From: Candidatus Woesearchaeota archaeon
GTDB lineage: Archaea > Nanobdellota > Nanobdellia > Woesearchaeales > JABIAG01
DNA length: 64,000 nucleotides
NCBI GenBank assembly: GCA_018653365.1
Contig: JABIAG010000002.1
Span: forward strand, 42,614 to 106,613
Reading direction: 5' to 3'
In this document: positions 10,226 to 19,902 of the stretch, piece by piece
Layout: every line of letters begins with the position of its first letter
Numbering within the stretch: the first letter of the stretch is position 1
Notes under the pieces: model-generated
The model's database searches: none
What the model saw: the letters and a program-made list of their open reading frames with translations, nothing else
What the model was told of the DNA's origin: nothing
Program-made: the position numbers and the translations under genes

Positions 10226-10732
10226 GTGCTGGTTGTATTCACTGTTAGGCCGTATGATTGCAAGGACCTAAATAGTGTGATATCTATTTATCAAGCAGTA
10301 TTTGCTGAACCGCCCTGGAATGAAAGTTGGACAAGAGAGGAAGTAATTGAAGACCTGAGAAGTGCATTAAGACAACCGCAAACAACCCGGCTTGTTGCAG
10401 AATCTGAGAAGCAAGTACTCGGATTTACTTGGGGATATCAATTGCCATCTGAAATGTTTGGTTTGTTGCCAAACTTAACTAAATTTAGTTACATGGATGA
10501 GATGGCTGTTCGCAAGGGAATAAGAAAGAGAGGAATTGGAACACTTCTTGGAGAGGCGTATATAGAAAATGTTAAAAACCAGGGATTGCCTGGAGTTGTG
10601 TTAAGAACCGATCAAAGAAATGATGCATCCATGGCATTGTTTAAACGGTTGGGTTTTTCTTCGGATTTTAATGGAAGAAAAATTTATGACCCAAAATATC
10701 CTGACAGAGTTTATCTGTGGAGGACGACATGA
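10226..10732 (+). CDS. GNAT N-acetyltransferase (start uncertain)
   Basis: FAEPPWNE, acetyl-CoA motif RKRGIG, LFKRLGF. Confidence 0.85.
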   Translation: MLVVFTVRPYDCKDLNSVISIYQAVFAEPPWNESWTREEVIEDLRSALRQPQTTRLVAESEKQVLGFTWGYQLPSEMFGLLPNLTKFSYMDEMAVRKGIRKRGIGTLLGEAYIENVKNQGLPGVVLRTDQRNDASMALFKRLGFSSDFNGRKIYDPKYPDRVYLWRTT

Positions 10733-11685
10733 ACGCAACAGAATTAACAAAGGAATTATTAAAAATTCCTTCCCCTTCTGGGGAGGAAAAAGAAATAGGT
10801 AACTACTTAGTTAATAGATTGAAAACTAATTTTGAGGTAACAACTCAAAAGGTTGATAATAATTTCAATATTTTTGCAATTAAGGGTAACCCAAAACTTG
10901 TTCTACAAACGCACATAGATACTGTTCCCAAACAATTGGAGTTAAAAGAGGATGTAGGATTTGTTTATGGTAGGGGTGCCTGTGATACTAAAGGAATTAT
11001 TGCATGTATGGTTCTTGCTGCTGAAGAAGCTGTCAAGGTAGGGAAAACTAATTTTGGATTGGTTTTTACAGTATGTGAAGAGACTAATTTTGCAGGAATT
11101 AAGCAAGCAGTAACGCAGTTGGATCCTGAATTGGTGATTGTTGGCGAACCAACTGATTTTAAGGTTGTTTATGGACAAAAAGGAATATTTTCTTTTAAGA
11201 TTGAGTGTAAGGGTAAATCTGCTCACAGCGCAATGCCAGAAAAAGGAGACTCTGCAATAATCAAATTGTTGGATGAGTTAGATAGAATAAGAAAAATTAA
11301 ACTTCCAGAGAACGAATTAGGTAAGACTACCTTGAACATTGGGACAATCAAGGGTGGAACAGTAAACAATGTCATTCCTGATTATGCAGAAGCAGATATT
11401 TCAGTTCGAACTACTGTGAGTGCAGAAGAGATAAAAGAATTGTTGGGAATTAAAGAAGCAGTTAGTTTAGATCCCACCATAATAACTGACCAAGAATTAC
11501 TCGACAAGTTTTCATATGATAAAATAACTGTTCCTTATTTTACGGAAATGTATTTTTGGAAGAAAGCAATTGTGTTTGGTCCAGGCAAAATAGAATTTGC
11601 ACACAGTGATGATGAAAAAATCAGTAAGACTGATTTGGAAAGGGGAAAAGAAGAGTATTTGCAAATTATTAATTTATTGTCCTGA
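10729..11685 (+). CDS. M20-family deacylase/peptidase (ArgE/DapE/LysK-like)
   Basis: HIDTV, GRGACDTKG, EE, GEPT, AHS; GGAGG RBS and ATGA overlap with the GNAT stop. Confidence 0.9.
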   Translation: MNATELTKELLKIPSPSGEEKEIGNYLVNRLKTNFEVTTQKVDNNFNIFAIKGNPKLVLQTHIDTVPKQLELKEDVGFVYGRGACDTKGIIACMVLAAEEAVKVGKTNFGLVFTVCEETNFAGIKQAVTQLDPELVIVGEPTDFKVVYGQKGIFSFKIECKGKSAHSAMPEKGDSAIIKLLDELDRIRKIKLPENELGKTTLNIGTIKGGTVNNVIPDYAEADISVRTTVSAEEIKELLGIKEAVSLDPTIITDQELLDKFSYDKITVPYFTEMYFWKKAIVFGPGKIEFAHSDDEKISKTDLERGKEEYLQIINLLS

Positions 11686-13149
11686 ACAAGCCTGGCGTAA
11701 TTTTTCATCAAAAATATTCCCCATTTTTATGTAGTGGTTGCCCTCTTCTTCAGGTAGTGGAATTTCCATAATTAAATAATTAAGGGCATCAATTCCTGAT
11801 CTAATTGCTGCTTGGACATCCCTAGTTCTTCCCTGTCTTTGATAATATGCTGCCTTATCCATTGCTCTTTCTACTGTGGCAGCTAAGAACTCATGTAAAA
11901 AACTCTCTTCTATTTCACCTCCCTCTGTTATCACGTAATCAGCATATCTTTCGGCAGCCTCAACTTTTTCTTCCATTGTTTTGTAGAATGGAACAAACCC
12001 GAGTATGTGAGCTGCTTCTGCAGCATATGTTGCGAGTCCTTTATCGGCAGTATCTAAAAACATAATTCCTCCCTCTTCTAATGCCATTAGGTTGTCTGTG
12101 TGTGGGTCACGACTAACACATCTTCTTCCTTGTTCTATTGTATTGGCTAGTGTATCTGTGTGTTCAACAAGGCGTGCATCAAATTCTGCTGCATGTTTTC
12201 TTGCTTTTGTTAGATAATCATAGGGTGTAAAACTTTCTCTGGGAGTGTGTACGTTGGCTTTTGCTAGCTCTCTTAATGCATTGTCATATGTGTCTTCACT
12301 TAAGGCATTAGCTTTTATTAATTCAGTTAGCACTTCTCCTTCTGCAAATTCCATAACATAATATTGTCTATTTCCTGTTGTTAGTAAAATTATTTCTTGT
12401 GGGACTCTTACTATTCCTTCACTTATTCTTCTTACCTGGAGTTCTCGTTCAAATCCCTCTTCACTCTCTTTAACGGCGAGGGTTCCAACCTCTCCCTGTC
12501 CCACTGTGCTTATTTTTGACATTGCGATTCGGTAGGTTGTGAATTGTCTTAGAAAAACCCCTTTTCTTATCATTTTTTCAACCATTGATTGGAGTAGTGG
12601 TTGAGTGATATCGTTTCCAAGTTCTAATGTTCTGTAAATTCCAAGTAATGCTTGGAATGCCATCCAGTCTTCATTAGTTTCGTCTTCTGTCATAGCAACT
12701 AATCTTTTTATCATGCTTCTATCCTCTCTTAGAAAATAGTTTGTGTAGAGGAGTGCAGCATTTATTTTTCCCTGATTTATGGCCTCGTCTAATGTTCTTT
12801 CAGCTTTTCTGGGATCTGTTTCAAAATAGTGCAGTGCTAGTGCTTGGTATGTTTCTGGCCTGGCTTCGCCCTGTTCTTTTAGTCTTTCTAATACTTCTAG
12901 TGCCATTTCTTTGCTAAAACCTTCATCATCGTCATCGTACATTGTTAGTCGTAATTGTGCAGGAAATTCCATTCCTCTATCTCCCAATAGGATTAGGTGA
13001 TCAAGATCGTGTATTATTTCTTCACGTGTTGCGGAACCTCTTTCGATTTGTTCTTGTAATTCTGTAACTTTTTGTAGGCCTTCTTTATTATGTTGTCGCA
13101 TTCGAGATATTTCTCTTGCTGTTTCAGAATCAATTGGACTTTCATTCAT
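11674..13149 (-). CDS. Helical-repeat N-terminus plus APH/kinase-like phosphotransferase domain
   Basis: AVKE, YYVMEFAEG, RDPHTDNL, FLD kinase-like motifs. Confidence 0.6.
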   Translation of the reverse strand: MNESPIDSETAREISRMRQHNKEGLQKVTELQEQIERGSATREEIIHDLDHLILLGDRGMEFPAQLRLTMYDDDDEGFSKEMALEVLERLKEQGEARPETYQALALHYFETDPRKAERTLDEAINQGKINAALLYTNYFLREDRSMIKRLVAMTEDETNEDWMAFQALLGIYRTLELGNDITQPLLQSMVEKMIRKGVFLRQFTTYRIAMSKISTVGQGEVGTLAVKESEEGFERELQVRRISEGIVRVPQEIILLTTGNRQYYVMEFAEGEVLTELIKANALSEDTYDNALRELAKANVHTPRESFTPYDYLTKARKHAAEFDARLVEHTDTLANTIEQGRRCVSRDPHTDNLMALEEGGIMFLDTADKGLATYAAEAAHILGFVPFYKTMEEKVEAAERYADYVITEGGEIEESFLHEFLAATVERAMDKAAYYQRQGRTRDVQAAIRSGIDALNYLIMEIPLPEEEGNHYIKMGNIFDEKLRQACSGQ

Positions 13150-13269
13150 GCATTTGGTTAATTTCCTGGTTATTATAAAAATTTGTATATACTTTAATGA
13201 ATTTCACCACTCAAAGGTAACACATAACCAAAAACTTTAAATACTAATTATGCTTTACTGGTCTATAAT

Positions 13270-14280
13270 ATGAGACAAATGCTTGCTAAATACAGTGGTG
13301 CACTAAGAGATTCTTTTAATTATGCTAGACGTACTTCTGTTTCTGATGCTGGTAAAGACCTTAGTTCTTATGTTGGTCGTGTTGCAGGTGATGCTAGATC
13401 TTATGTTTCTGATGCACGGGATTCTATTGGTGAATTTTCTAATGGATTTTTTTCTAATGGATTTGTTAGCTCGATGAGACGTTTAAGTGGTAATCCTATG
13501 CAATCTTTGGCTTTTGCTGGTGGTTATGCTCAACGTATGCCTGAAGATAGACAACAAGAACTTGCTGGTCGTGGTTATGATGCTTTAAGAGCTCAACACG
13601 GTAAAGGTGCGGGTAAAGCACTTGAAAAACTTCAATCTCAACATAAAGATTTCACACTTATAGAATTACTTGTAGTAATTGCAATTATAGCAATTCTTGC
13701 AGGTATGTTACTTCCTGCTTTGGCTGGTGCTAGAGAAAAAGCAAGATCTTCACAATGTATTAATAATTTGAAACAGCAAGGACTTGCTGCAACAATGTAT
13801 GCTCAAGATTATGAAGGAATGTTCCCACAAGCTTCTGGAGCAGACCCTTATGTTACGCCTACAATTAGATTGCGAGCGGGTGCTACAGCAATTATGGGGG
13901 CTGGAAGACTTATTGATGGAAATTATGGTGTTGGGCCAGAACAATTTGAATGCCCTTCTAATTCTAATAAGTGGTTTAGGGGAGGAAAAGTGGTAAGTAA
14001 TTGGGGGAGTTTAGCAACTGTTGATAATGCTTACATGTGGACTGGTATGCGAAATATCCGAAGGGATAGATCTCCAACTAGTTCTGTTTTGGCTTTTGAT
14101 GCCAACGTTCTTGGTGGCGGAAGTGCAAGTAATGGTCATCCTGGTGGGGTTAATTTAGTTCGTGCAGATGGTGGAGCACAACGTGAGAACGATACTGCGG
14201 GAATTTCTCGTCCATTGACTAGTTCTAGTACTAATATGGCTGATGCTTCAGATCGTTTACAAACCCAATTTGGTCAATAG
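13270..14280 (+). CDS. Prepilin-type / DUF1559 / H-X9-DG protein with about 128-aa N-terminal extension
   Basis: [30 protein letters not shown]...C.NNLKQ.G.A..MY..DY...P; CPS; [12 protein letters not shown]. Confidence 0.9.
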   Translation: MRQMLAKYSGALRDSFNYARRTSVSDAGKDLSSYVGRVAGDARSYVSDARDSIGEFSNGFFSNGFVSSMRRLSGNPMQSLAFAGGYAQRMPEDRQQELAGRGYDALRAQHGKGAGKALEKLQSQHKDFTLIELLVVIAIIAILAGMLLPALAGAREKARSSQCINNLKQQGLAATMYAQDYEGMFPQASGADPYVTPTIRLRAGATAIMGAGRLIDGNYGVGPEQFECPSNSNKWFRGGKVVSNWGSLATVDNAYMWTGMRNIRRDRSPTSSVLAFDANVLGGGSASNGHPGGVNLVRADGGAQRENDTAGISRPLTSSSTNMADASDRLQTQFGQ

Positions 14281-14294
14281 TTGGCTTTCTAAAT

Positions 14295-14369
14295 AAAAAC
14301 ATTTAAATAGTTCTTTTCTGATACGTTAAACATATTAACCTAATTTAACAGGTTAAACTTGTTTAACTA
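14295..14369 (+). promoter_or_regulatory. BRE/TATA followed by five 9-bp tandem repeats (putative operator)
   Basis: TTTAAATA 14302-14309; GTTAAACAT/ATTAACCTA/ATTTAACAG/GTTAAACTT/GTTTAACTA at 14325-14369. Confidence 0.7.
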
Positions 14370-14527
14370 TGAAGTCAAATAAACTAATTAAAAATCTTGA
14401 TGAACAAACCTGGAATAAGTTTGTTGCTTTCTGTAAGCTAAAGAATGTTAAGGTAGCTCCTGAACTCGAAATCATAATAAATACGCATTTAGATAAGAAT
14501 CTAAAACAATTGTTCAATAAAAAATGA
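14369..14527 (+). CDS. Small ribbon-helix-helix protein (52 aa, not in ORF track)
   Basis: MKSNKLIKNLDEQTWNKFVAFCKLKNVKVAPELEIIINTHLDKNLKQLFNKK; ATGA overlap with the next gene. Confidence 0.7.
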   Translation: MKSNKLIKNLDEQTWNKFVAFCKLKNVKVAPELEIIINTHLDKNLKQLFNKK

Positions 14528-17076
14528 AAAATAGAATACTTGCATCACTAACCTTGGTTTTTGCACTTTTCGCAGTGTTTGCATTTTATAATCAGGGGAT
14601 TACGGGGTTTGTTGTTAATGTGGGGGCATGTAATTTTAATGCAGATAGTGTGGGAGAAACATACACTTTATCAGGAAACCTGGGAACTTGCTCTGGGGAA
14701 AATGCAATTAATGTTTTAGCTAATAACATTATTGTTGATTGCAATGGTAATGAGATCATTGGAAATGGGGTGGCGGGGAGCGCAATGGGTATAAATGTGG
14801 GTGCTAGTCTGACGGGAATCACCCTCAAGAATTGCATAATTAAAGATTTTCTTTTTGGTATTTCAACTGCGGGTTCGGGGGTTTCTATTGAAAACGTTCA
14901 GATTTATGATGATGATATGAGCTCTTGTTATACTGGAGGAAATCCCACTGAAGTTGGAGATCTTAATTACTGCGGTGCCGAAGCTGATCTGCCGGTAACA
15001 GACAATGCTCCAACTATAACATCTTTAGATTTTCCTCCTGATGATGAAACTATTATTAATGTTCCTGTTGATTTTAATTTTACTGTTTGGGATGATTTTA
15101 ATGTTTCTACCTGTGACTTGTGGTCGAACTTTAGCGGTACGTGGGAATTAAACTCTTCCATTGCTCCTGAGAATAATCACTCTGAAACGTTTAATTTTAC
15201 CCTATCGCCTTTGGATGGCGAATATATTTGGAATGTTAATTGTACTGATAATGCAACAACTCCTAATTCTGTTTGGTATGCTGCAGGTAATTATTCAGTA
15301 ACTATCAACACAACTGATCCTCCTCCAACCATTACAGAATTAACTCATCCCTCTTCAACGTTTAGTGCGATTGCCGAACCTTTGGATTTTAATTTCACTG
15401 TTCATGATAATTGGAATGTTTCAAATTGTTCTTTGTGGACAAATATTTCAACTGTTTGGGCTGAAACTGCGTTTAGAACTATTGGTACTAATGTTTCTGC
15501 CACATATAATATTTCGTTGGTTGTTGGTGTGGGAGACTATATTTGGAATGTTAATTGTACTGATAATGCTTCTAATTCTTCGTGGTATGTGTCTAATGCT
15601 TCAGTTGTTATTTCTGATCCTGCTCCAACATTAAGCTTATATTCTCCAAGTTCTGCTTCAACAGTTTCTGCAGTTCCTATGAATTTTACGTTTAATGTTT
15701 CTGATAATTATAATGTTTCGAGTTGTTCTTTATTTGCTAATTTTAGTGGAGCTTGGAGTCAGAATGATTCTTTGGAAATTCAAAATAACACTCAAGGTAT
15801 TTACAACTTGACTCTTTCCCCGACTGATGGAATTTATTTGTGGGGTGTTAATTGTTCAGACAATGCATCTCAAACAACTTGGTCTGATAATTATACTGTT
15901 ACTGTCAATGCAGTGGATGATTATCCTACGGTGACTCTGGCTTCGCCAAGTAATGCAGCATCAATTACTGCATCGTCAACTACTTTGCAAATTACAACTT
16001 TGGATGATTATAATGTTACGGCTTGTACTTTGTGGACTAATTTTAATGGTTCTTGGGCAGCTAATGAAACCCTGAATGTTAGTGTTCCTGCTTCCACAAC
16101 AACGTCATTTACTGTCTCTCCAGCATATGGTACTTATACTTGGAATGCTAATTGTACTGATAATGCTTCTCAGTCTTCTTGGGCAGCAGATAATTTCACA
16201 TTTGCTTTACAACAAGCTACAACAACTAGTAATACTGGGGGAAGTAGTGGGGGGGGAAGCGATGACGATGATGAGGAAGAGGTTACTCCTGCTCTTGTCA
16301 TTCCTGCTGTAGTTCCTGTTGAAGAAGAGGAAGAAGAAGTTGAAGAAGTCATTGAGGAAGTTGTTGAAGAAGAATTGTTTGCTCCGCCTGTTGAGGAAGA
16401 GGAAGCAGAAAAACAAGAATCAATATCAAATGCAAAAAGGTCAAAATCAGAGATAGTTGAGGTAGAGTGTGATCCTGCAGAGAGTAATTGTGATGAATGG
16501 TTTGATAACTTAATAACAAAGATGGATCGTACTTTGGATAAGGTTGATTTGACAAAGAATGTGACTTTTGATAACGAAACTAATACTACTAAAGTCGCGA
16601 TTAGTATTGTTCCTGAAGAGGATCTTGAAGATTTCAGGTATTATCAAAGTATTCCGAAGTGTATGGCAATTTATGTTCACTTAGTTAAGTTTAAGAATAC
16701 TGATTTCGAGGTATTAAAAGACGATCCTTTGATTGTTTGGAGTTTTGCAAATGTTCAAAAAGGTGAAGAATTAGATCTTGGTTTTGAGGTTATGGGTGAC
16801 ATTCCAGAGAATTGTTATGAATTCATTTCCGAACTTCTTTATGAAGAACAAGAAAAGTTTTCTGGTAAGCATATGTTTGGGTTGATCACTGGTTTGTCAG
16901 TTCTTGGTTTGGTTGCTTTGGGTATTACGTATTCTTCTAAGTATTCACACCATTTAGTTGCTGCTAAGAATGTTGGAACTAAGTTCTTTAAGAAATCATC
17001 TAAGTCTGAGATAAAAGTACCTGCTAAGGTTGATAAAAAGATCGATATCATCAAAGAAAGGATGAAACAATTATAA
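14524..17076 (+). CDS. Large cell-surface glycoprotein with four ~100-aa beta repeats, acidic linker and C-terminal TM
   Basis: Signal peptide + ITGFVV; repeats ending W(N/G)(V/A)NC(T/S)DNA; many N-x-S/T sequons. Confidence 0.85.
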   Translation: MKNRILASLTLVFALFAVFAFYNQGITGFVVNVGACNFNADSVGETYTLSGNLGTCSGENAINVLANNIIVDCNGNEIIGNGVAGSAMGINVGASLTGITLKNCIIKDFLFGISTAGSGVSIENVQIYDDDMSSCYTGGNPTEVGDLNYCGAEADLPVTDNAPTITSLDFPPDDETIINVPVDFNFTVWDDFNVSTCDLWSNFSGTWELNSSIAPENNHSETFNFTLSPLDGEYIWNVNCTDNATTPNSVWYAAGNYSVTINTTDPPPTITELTHPSSTFSAIAEPLDFNFTVHDNWNVSNCSLWTNISTVWAETAFRTIGTNVSATYNISLVVGVGDYIWNVNCTDNASNSSWYVSNASVVISDPAPTLSLYSPSSASTVSAVPMNFTFNVSDNYNVSSCSLFANFSGAWSQNDSLEIQNNTQGIYNLTLSPTDGIYLWGVNCSDNASQTTWSDNYTVTVNAVDDYPTVTLASPSNAASITASSTTLQITTLDDYNVTACTLWTNFNGSWAANETLNVSVPASTTTSFTVSPAYGTYTWNANCTDNASQSSWAADNFTFALQQATTTSNTGGSSGGGSDDDDEEEVTPALVIPAVVPVEEEEEEVEEVIEEVVEEELFAPPVEEEEAEKQESISNAKRSKSEIVEVECDPAESNCDEWFDNLITKMDRTLDKVDLTKNVTFDNETNTTKVAISIVPEEDLEDFRYYQSIPKCMAIYVHLVKFKNTDFEVLKDDPLIVWSFANVQKGEELDLGFEVMGDIPENCYEFISELLYEEQEKFSGKHMFGLITGLSVLGLVALGITYSSKYSHHLVAAKNVGTKFFKKSSKSEIKVPAKVDKKIDIIKERMKQL

Positions 17077-17148
17077 GCCCTTGAAGAGATTTGAACTCTC
17101 GATCTTCTGCTTACGAGGCAGATGCATTAGCCGCTATGCTACAAGGGC
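17076..17148 (-). tRNA. tRNA-Thr(CGT)
   Basis: GCCCTTG/CAAGGGC acceptor, TCTGC-CTCGTAA-GCAGA anticodon arm. Confidence 0.95.
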
Positions 17149-17201
17149 ACTAACTGTTCTACTTTCATAAACTATAAAAAGATTTCCTCCTAGACTTAAG
17201 T

Positions 17202-17948
17202 ATGGCTTCTATTGGATTGTGGAAAAAGGCGGCAAACATTGAGGGGGTGGGTTTACTTTCAACTACTGGTGTTTATTCCAAGATTAAAGGGATGGGTTTG
17301 AAAACAGTTCAATGGATTAAGTTTTCGCCAAGTTCTAAAAAAGATATTCTAAATATGAAAAAGCGGTGTTCAGAATTCATAACTAAACATACCCCCTGTT
17401 TGTTTATTTGGGAGCCAAGACACACTGGTGAGAAAGGTTATATTATTGATGTGAATGAAATAAGTCAAGTTGTTGAGTCATTAGCTAGTTTGCCTGTTTT
17501 GGCTTATTCTTATTTGATCACTACACAAATATCTAATCCTAAAAAGGGATTCATTGGAAGTGTAATCTCTGATGGTAAAGGGAAGTTGTATTGCGAAACT
17601 TATCATGAACCAGGAATTTGTAGTCATCGTGTGTTAAGTCAGTCAAAAATAGATGAGAATAAATCAAGTTTTTTTGGTAGATTCTCAACAGTAAATTTCG
17701 ACCTATTTAATTTGGAAGGAAGTGTTTTATCTTCTGCTAATGTGAGAACTATATTGAATAATTATTCTGGTATGAAGGGCTATTTTGAGTTTGTTTACGG
17801 TGTCCATCTGGGAAATTGGGAGTTGTGTACAACTGGTTTTGAGAATTTGGGTTTTATCACCTTTCCCGAACACGTTGTAAGCGCAGCTTTAAGTAGTACA
17901 GGAAACCGTTGGCGTGCTGAAACATTAAGACATTATTCTGATTTCTGA
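17202..17948 (+). CDS. Hypothetical protein
   Basis: 248-aa ORF, no motif recognised. Confidence 0.65.
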   Translation: MASIGLWKKAANIEGVGLLSTTGVYSKIKGMGLKTVQWIKFSPSSKKDILNMKKRCSEFITKHTPCLFIWEPRHTGEKGYIIDVNEISQVVESLASLPVLAYSYLITTQISNPKKGFIGSVISDGKGKLYCETYHEPGICSHRVLSQSKIDENKSSFFGRFSTVNFDLFNLEGSVLSSANVRTILNNYSGMKGYFEFVYGVHLGNWELCTTGFENLGFITFPEHVVSAALSSTGNRWRAETLRHYSDF

Positions 17949-18014
17949 CAAGGTGAACGTTAGAGAGCTTTTTCAGAAATCTCTGATTTCTGACAGAGTG
18001 AACAAATAGCTTTT
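17937..18014 (+). repeat. 45-nt-period imperfect tandem repeat containing a type C palindrome
   Basis: TCTGATTTCTGACA at 17937 and 17982; TCAGAAATC-TCT-GATTTCTGA at 17973-17993. Confidence 0.8.
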
Positions 18015-18204
18015 CCTTTAACAATCGTACCTTTGATTTTATTTAAGAATGTTTTTTCTATTTTTTTATTACATTTACTGCATTTCATATTCTGTATAAA
18101 TCTGGTTTGATATATAAAACTTACTCATAACAAAAACAATATTTTTGAACTTATCTGCAATAAGTACCAAAAAATATATAAGGCAATTAATCCATTTTTT
18201 ACTT

Positions 18205-18780
18205 ATGCCCGATCCAGACGTAGTTGCAGATATAAAAGTAGTTTATCAAGATCCTTTTCATTTTAAGAATTTGTACAAGCTTATTTTCCGTTTCTTATTG
18301 GATCATGGTTATTTGGATAAAAAGGTTTCTCCTGACACTAAAATGGAAATTTTGTATTCTGAACAGGTAAGATCTGGCGATGTGAAAGAGTATCATATTT
18401 GGTGGAGAACTAAGAAACAACCTAAAAATAGTTATTTTTTGTATAAGATTGATATTGATTATCTTGGATTGGGTGTTAAGAATACTGAGGTTTTACAAGG
18501 GGATAAAAAGCATAAAATGCAAATTGGCGAGATTACTATTCTGCTTAAGGGCACTTTAATGTTAGAAGCAAATGATTCTAAAGGTAAGTGGGAAACTGGT
18601 TTTTTAAGGTATTTTCGTAATTGGTTTAGAAATAAGTGGTATCATGCTAAGATTGAACAACATGAAGATGAATTGTATGAAGATGTTTACAAATTACAAT
18701 CTTTTATTAAGGAATATCTTGAACTTAAACAGTTTGGTGTTTCTCCTGAGATTTTCTTTAAGAGAAAGGGTTTCGAATAA
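18205..18780 (+). CDS. Hypothetical protein
   Basis: ATG 18205 about 25 nt after a TATA; 191 aa. Confidence 0.75.
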   Translation: MPDPDVVADIKVVYQDPFHFKNLYKLIFRFLLDHGYLDKKVSPDTKMEILYSEQVRSGDVKEYHIWWRTKKQPKNSYFLYKIDIDYLGLGVKNTEVLQGDKKHKMQIGEITILLKGTLMLEANDSKGKWETGFLRYFRNWFRNKWYHAKIEQHEDELYEDVYKLQSFIKEYLELKQFGVSPEIFFKRKGFE

Positions 18781-18817
18781 TAACTTTTATAAAGTAATTA
18801 TCTCTCCCCGTTATTGT

Positions 18818-18903
18818 GCCCCCGTAGCATAGTAGCTATTGCGTTTGACTTGTACGTTTTCAAGGATATCAAAAGGTCGTGAGTGCAACTCTCACCGGGG
18901 GCC
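18818..18903 (+). tRNA. tRNA-Thr(TGT) with 13-nt intron at 37/38 (18855-18867)
   Basis: GCCCCCG/CGGGGGC; TTTGA-CT-TGT-A[intron]A-TCAAA; relaxed BHB (CTTG/CAAG). Confidence 0.88.
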
Positions 18904-18962
18904 TTATTATAACTTGTTTTCAAGTTATGATATTCAAAAATCAGAGATTTTTGTTTTATTAT
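18904..18962. mobile_element. Two-hairpin mini-insert flanked by TTATTAT repeats
   Basis: ATAACTTG-TTTT-CAAGTTAT and CAAAAATC-AGA-GATTTTTG. Confidence 0.55.
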
Positions 18963-18963
18963 C

Positions 18964-19857
18964 ATGAAACCTTTTTGTTTAGCGCCAATGGCGGGAATTA
19001 ATTCAACGGCTTTTAGACTTCTTTGTAAAGAGAACGGTGCAGATATAATCTATACTCAAATGTATGATGTTAACTTATTATGCACTAAGACAAAAGAAGA
19101 AGTTAAAAAATTGCTTAATATTAAAAAGGAAGAACATCCTGTTGTGATCCAATTAATTGGATCTAACCTGAAAAAGTTTCGACAAACAATTCCGTTGGTG
19201 GAAGGTCTTGCAGAAGAGATTAATATTAATGTGGGCTGTATAGAAAAAAGGTATTTAGAACACGATTGTGGTGCAGCTTTGTTAAAAGATCCTGAAGAGT
19301 TGGGATATCTTGTTAAAAGAATTGTTGCATGTACTAAAAAACCAATCAGCGTAAAAATCAGAATTGGGTGGGATGGACAATCTCTTAATGCAGTAAAAGT
19401 TTGTAATATTCTTGAAGATAATGGGGTTAAAAAGATCATTATTCATGGAAGAACGGCAATGCAGAAGTATGCGGGAAAATCTAATTGGACTATTATGAAA
19501 CAGGTTAAAGAAAAATCATCCATTCCAATTATCGCTAATGGTGATGTTAAATCTTACCAGGATGGTCTGGACCTGTTAGAACGTACTGGTTGTGATGAGG
19601 TTATGGTGGGACGAGAAGCTAAATATGCGCCCTGGATTTTTAGTAACAAGCAACTAACAAAAGATGACATTATTAAACAAATCCTGAGATATATTGAACT
19701 TTACGAAACGTATGAAAATAGATGTTCCGTTAGTGAAGTTTACGATCAAGTTTTCAGAATGACGAGAGATATTGAAACTACAATAAATAAAAGGGATGTT
19801 AAAGAATGCGCTTCCATTGCCGAGATCAAACAGTTTATTTCGGGGCTGAATTCTTAG
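18964..19857 (+). CDS. dus: tRNA-dihydrouridine synthase
   Basis: LAPMAG, ININVGC, VKIRIG, IHGRT, IANGDV, VMVGR. Confidence 0.92.
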   Translation: MKPFCLAPMAGINSTAFRLLCKENGADIIYTQMYDVNLLCTKTKEEVKKLLNIKKEEHPVVIQLIGSNLKKFRQTIPLVEGLAEEININVGCIEKRYLEHDCGAALLKDPEELGYLVKRIVACTKKPISVKIRIGWDGQSLNAVKVCNILEDNGVKKIIIHGRTAMQKYAGKSNWTIMKQVKEKSSIPIIANGDVKSYQDGLDLLERTGCDEVMVGREAKYAPWIFSNKQLTKDDIIKQILRYIELYETYENRCSVSEVYDQVFRMTRDIETTINKRDVKECASIAEIKQFISGLNS

Positions 19858-19902
19858 TGAAAAACAGAAAACAATTTAAATGGTTTAGTTATTGTTGGTT
19901 AA

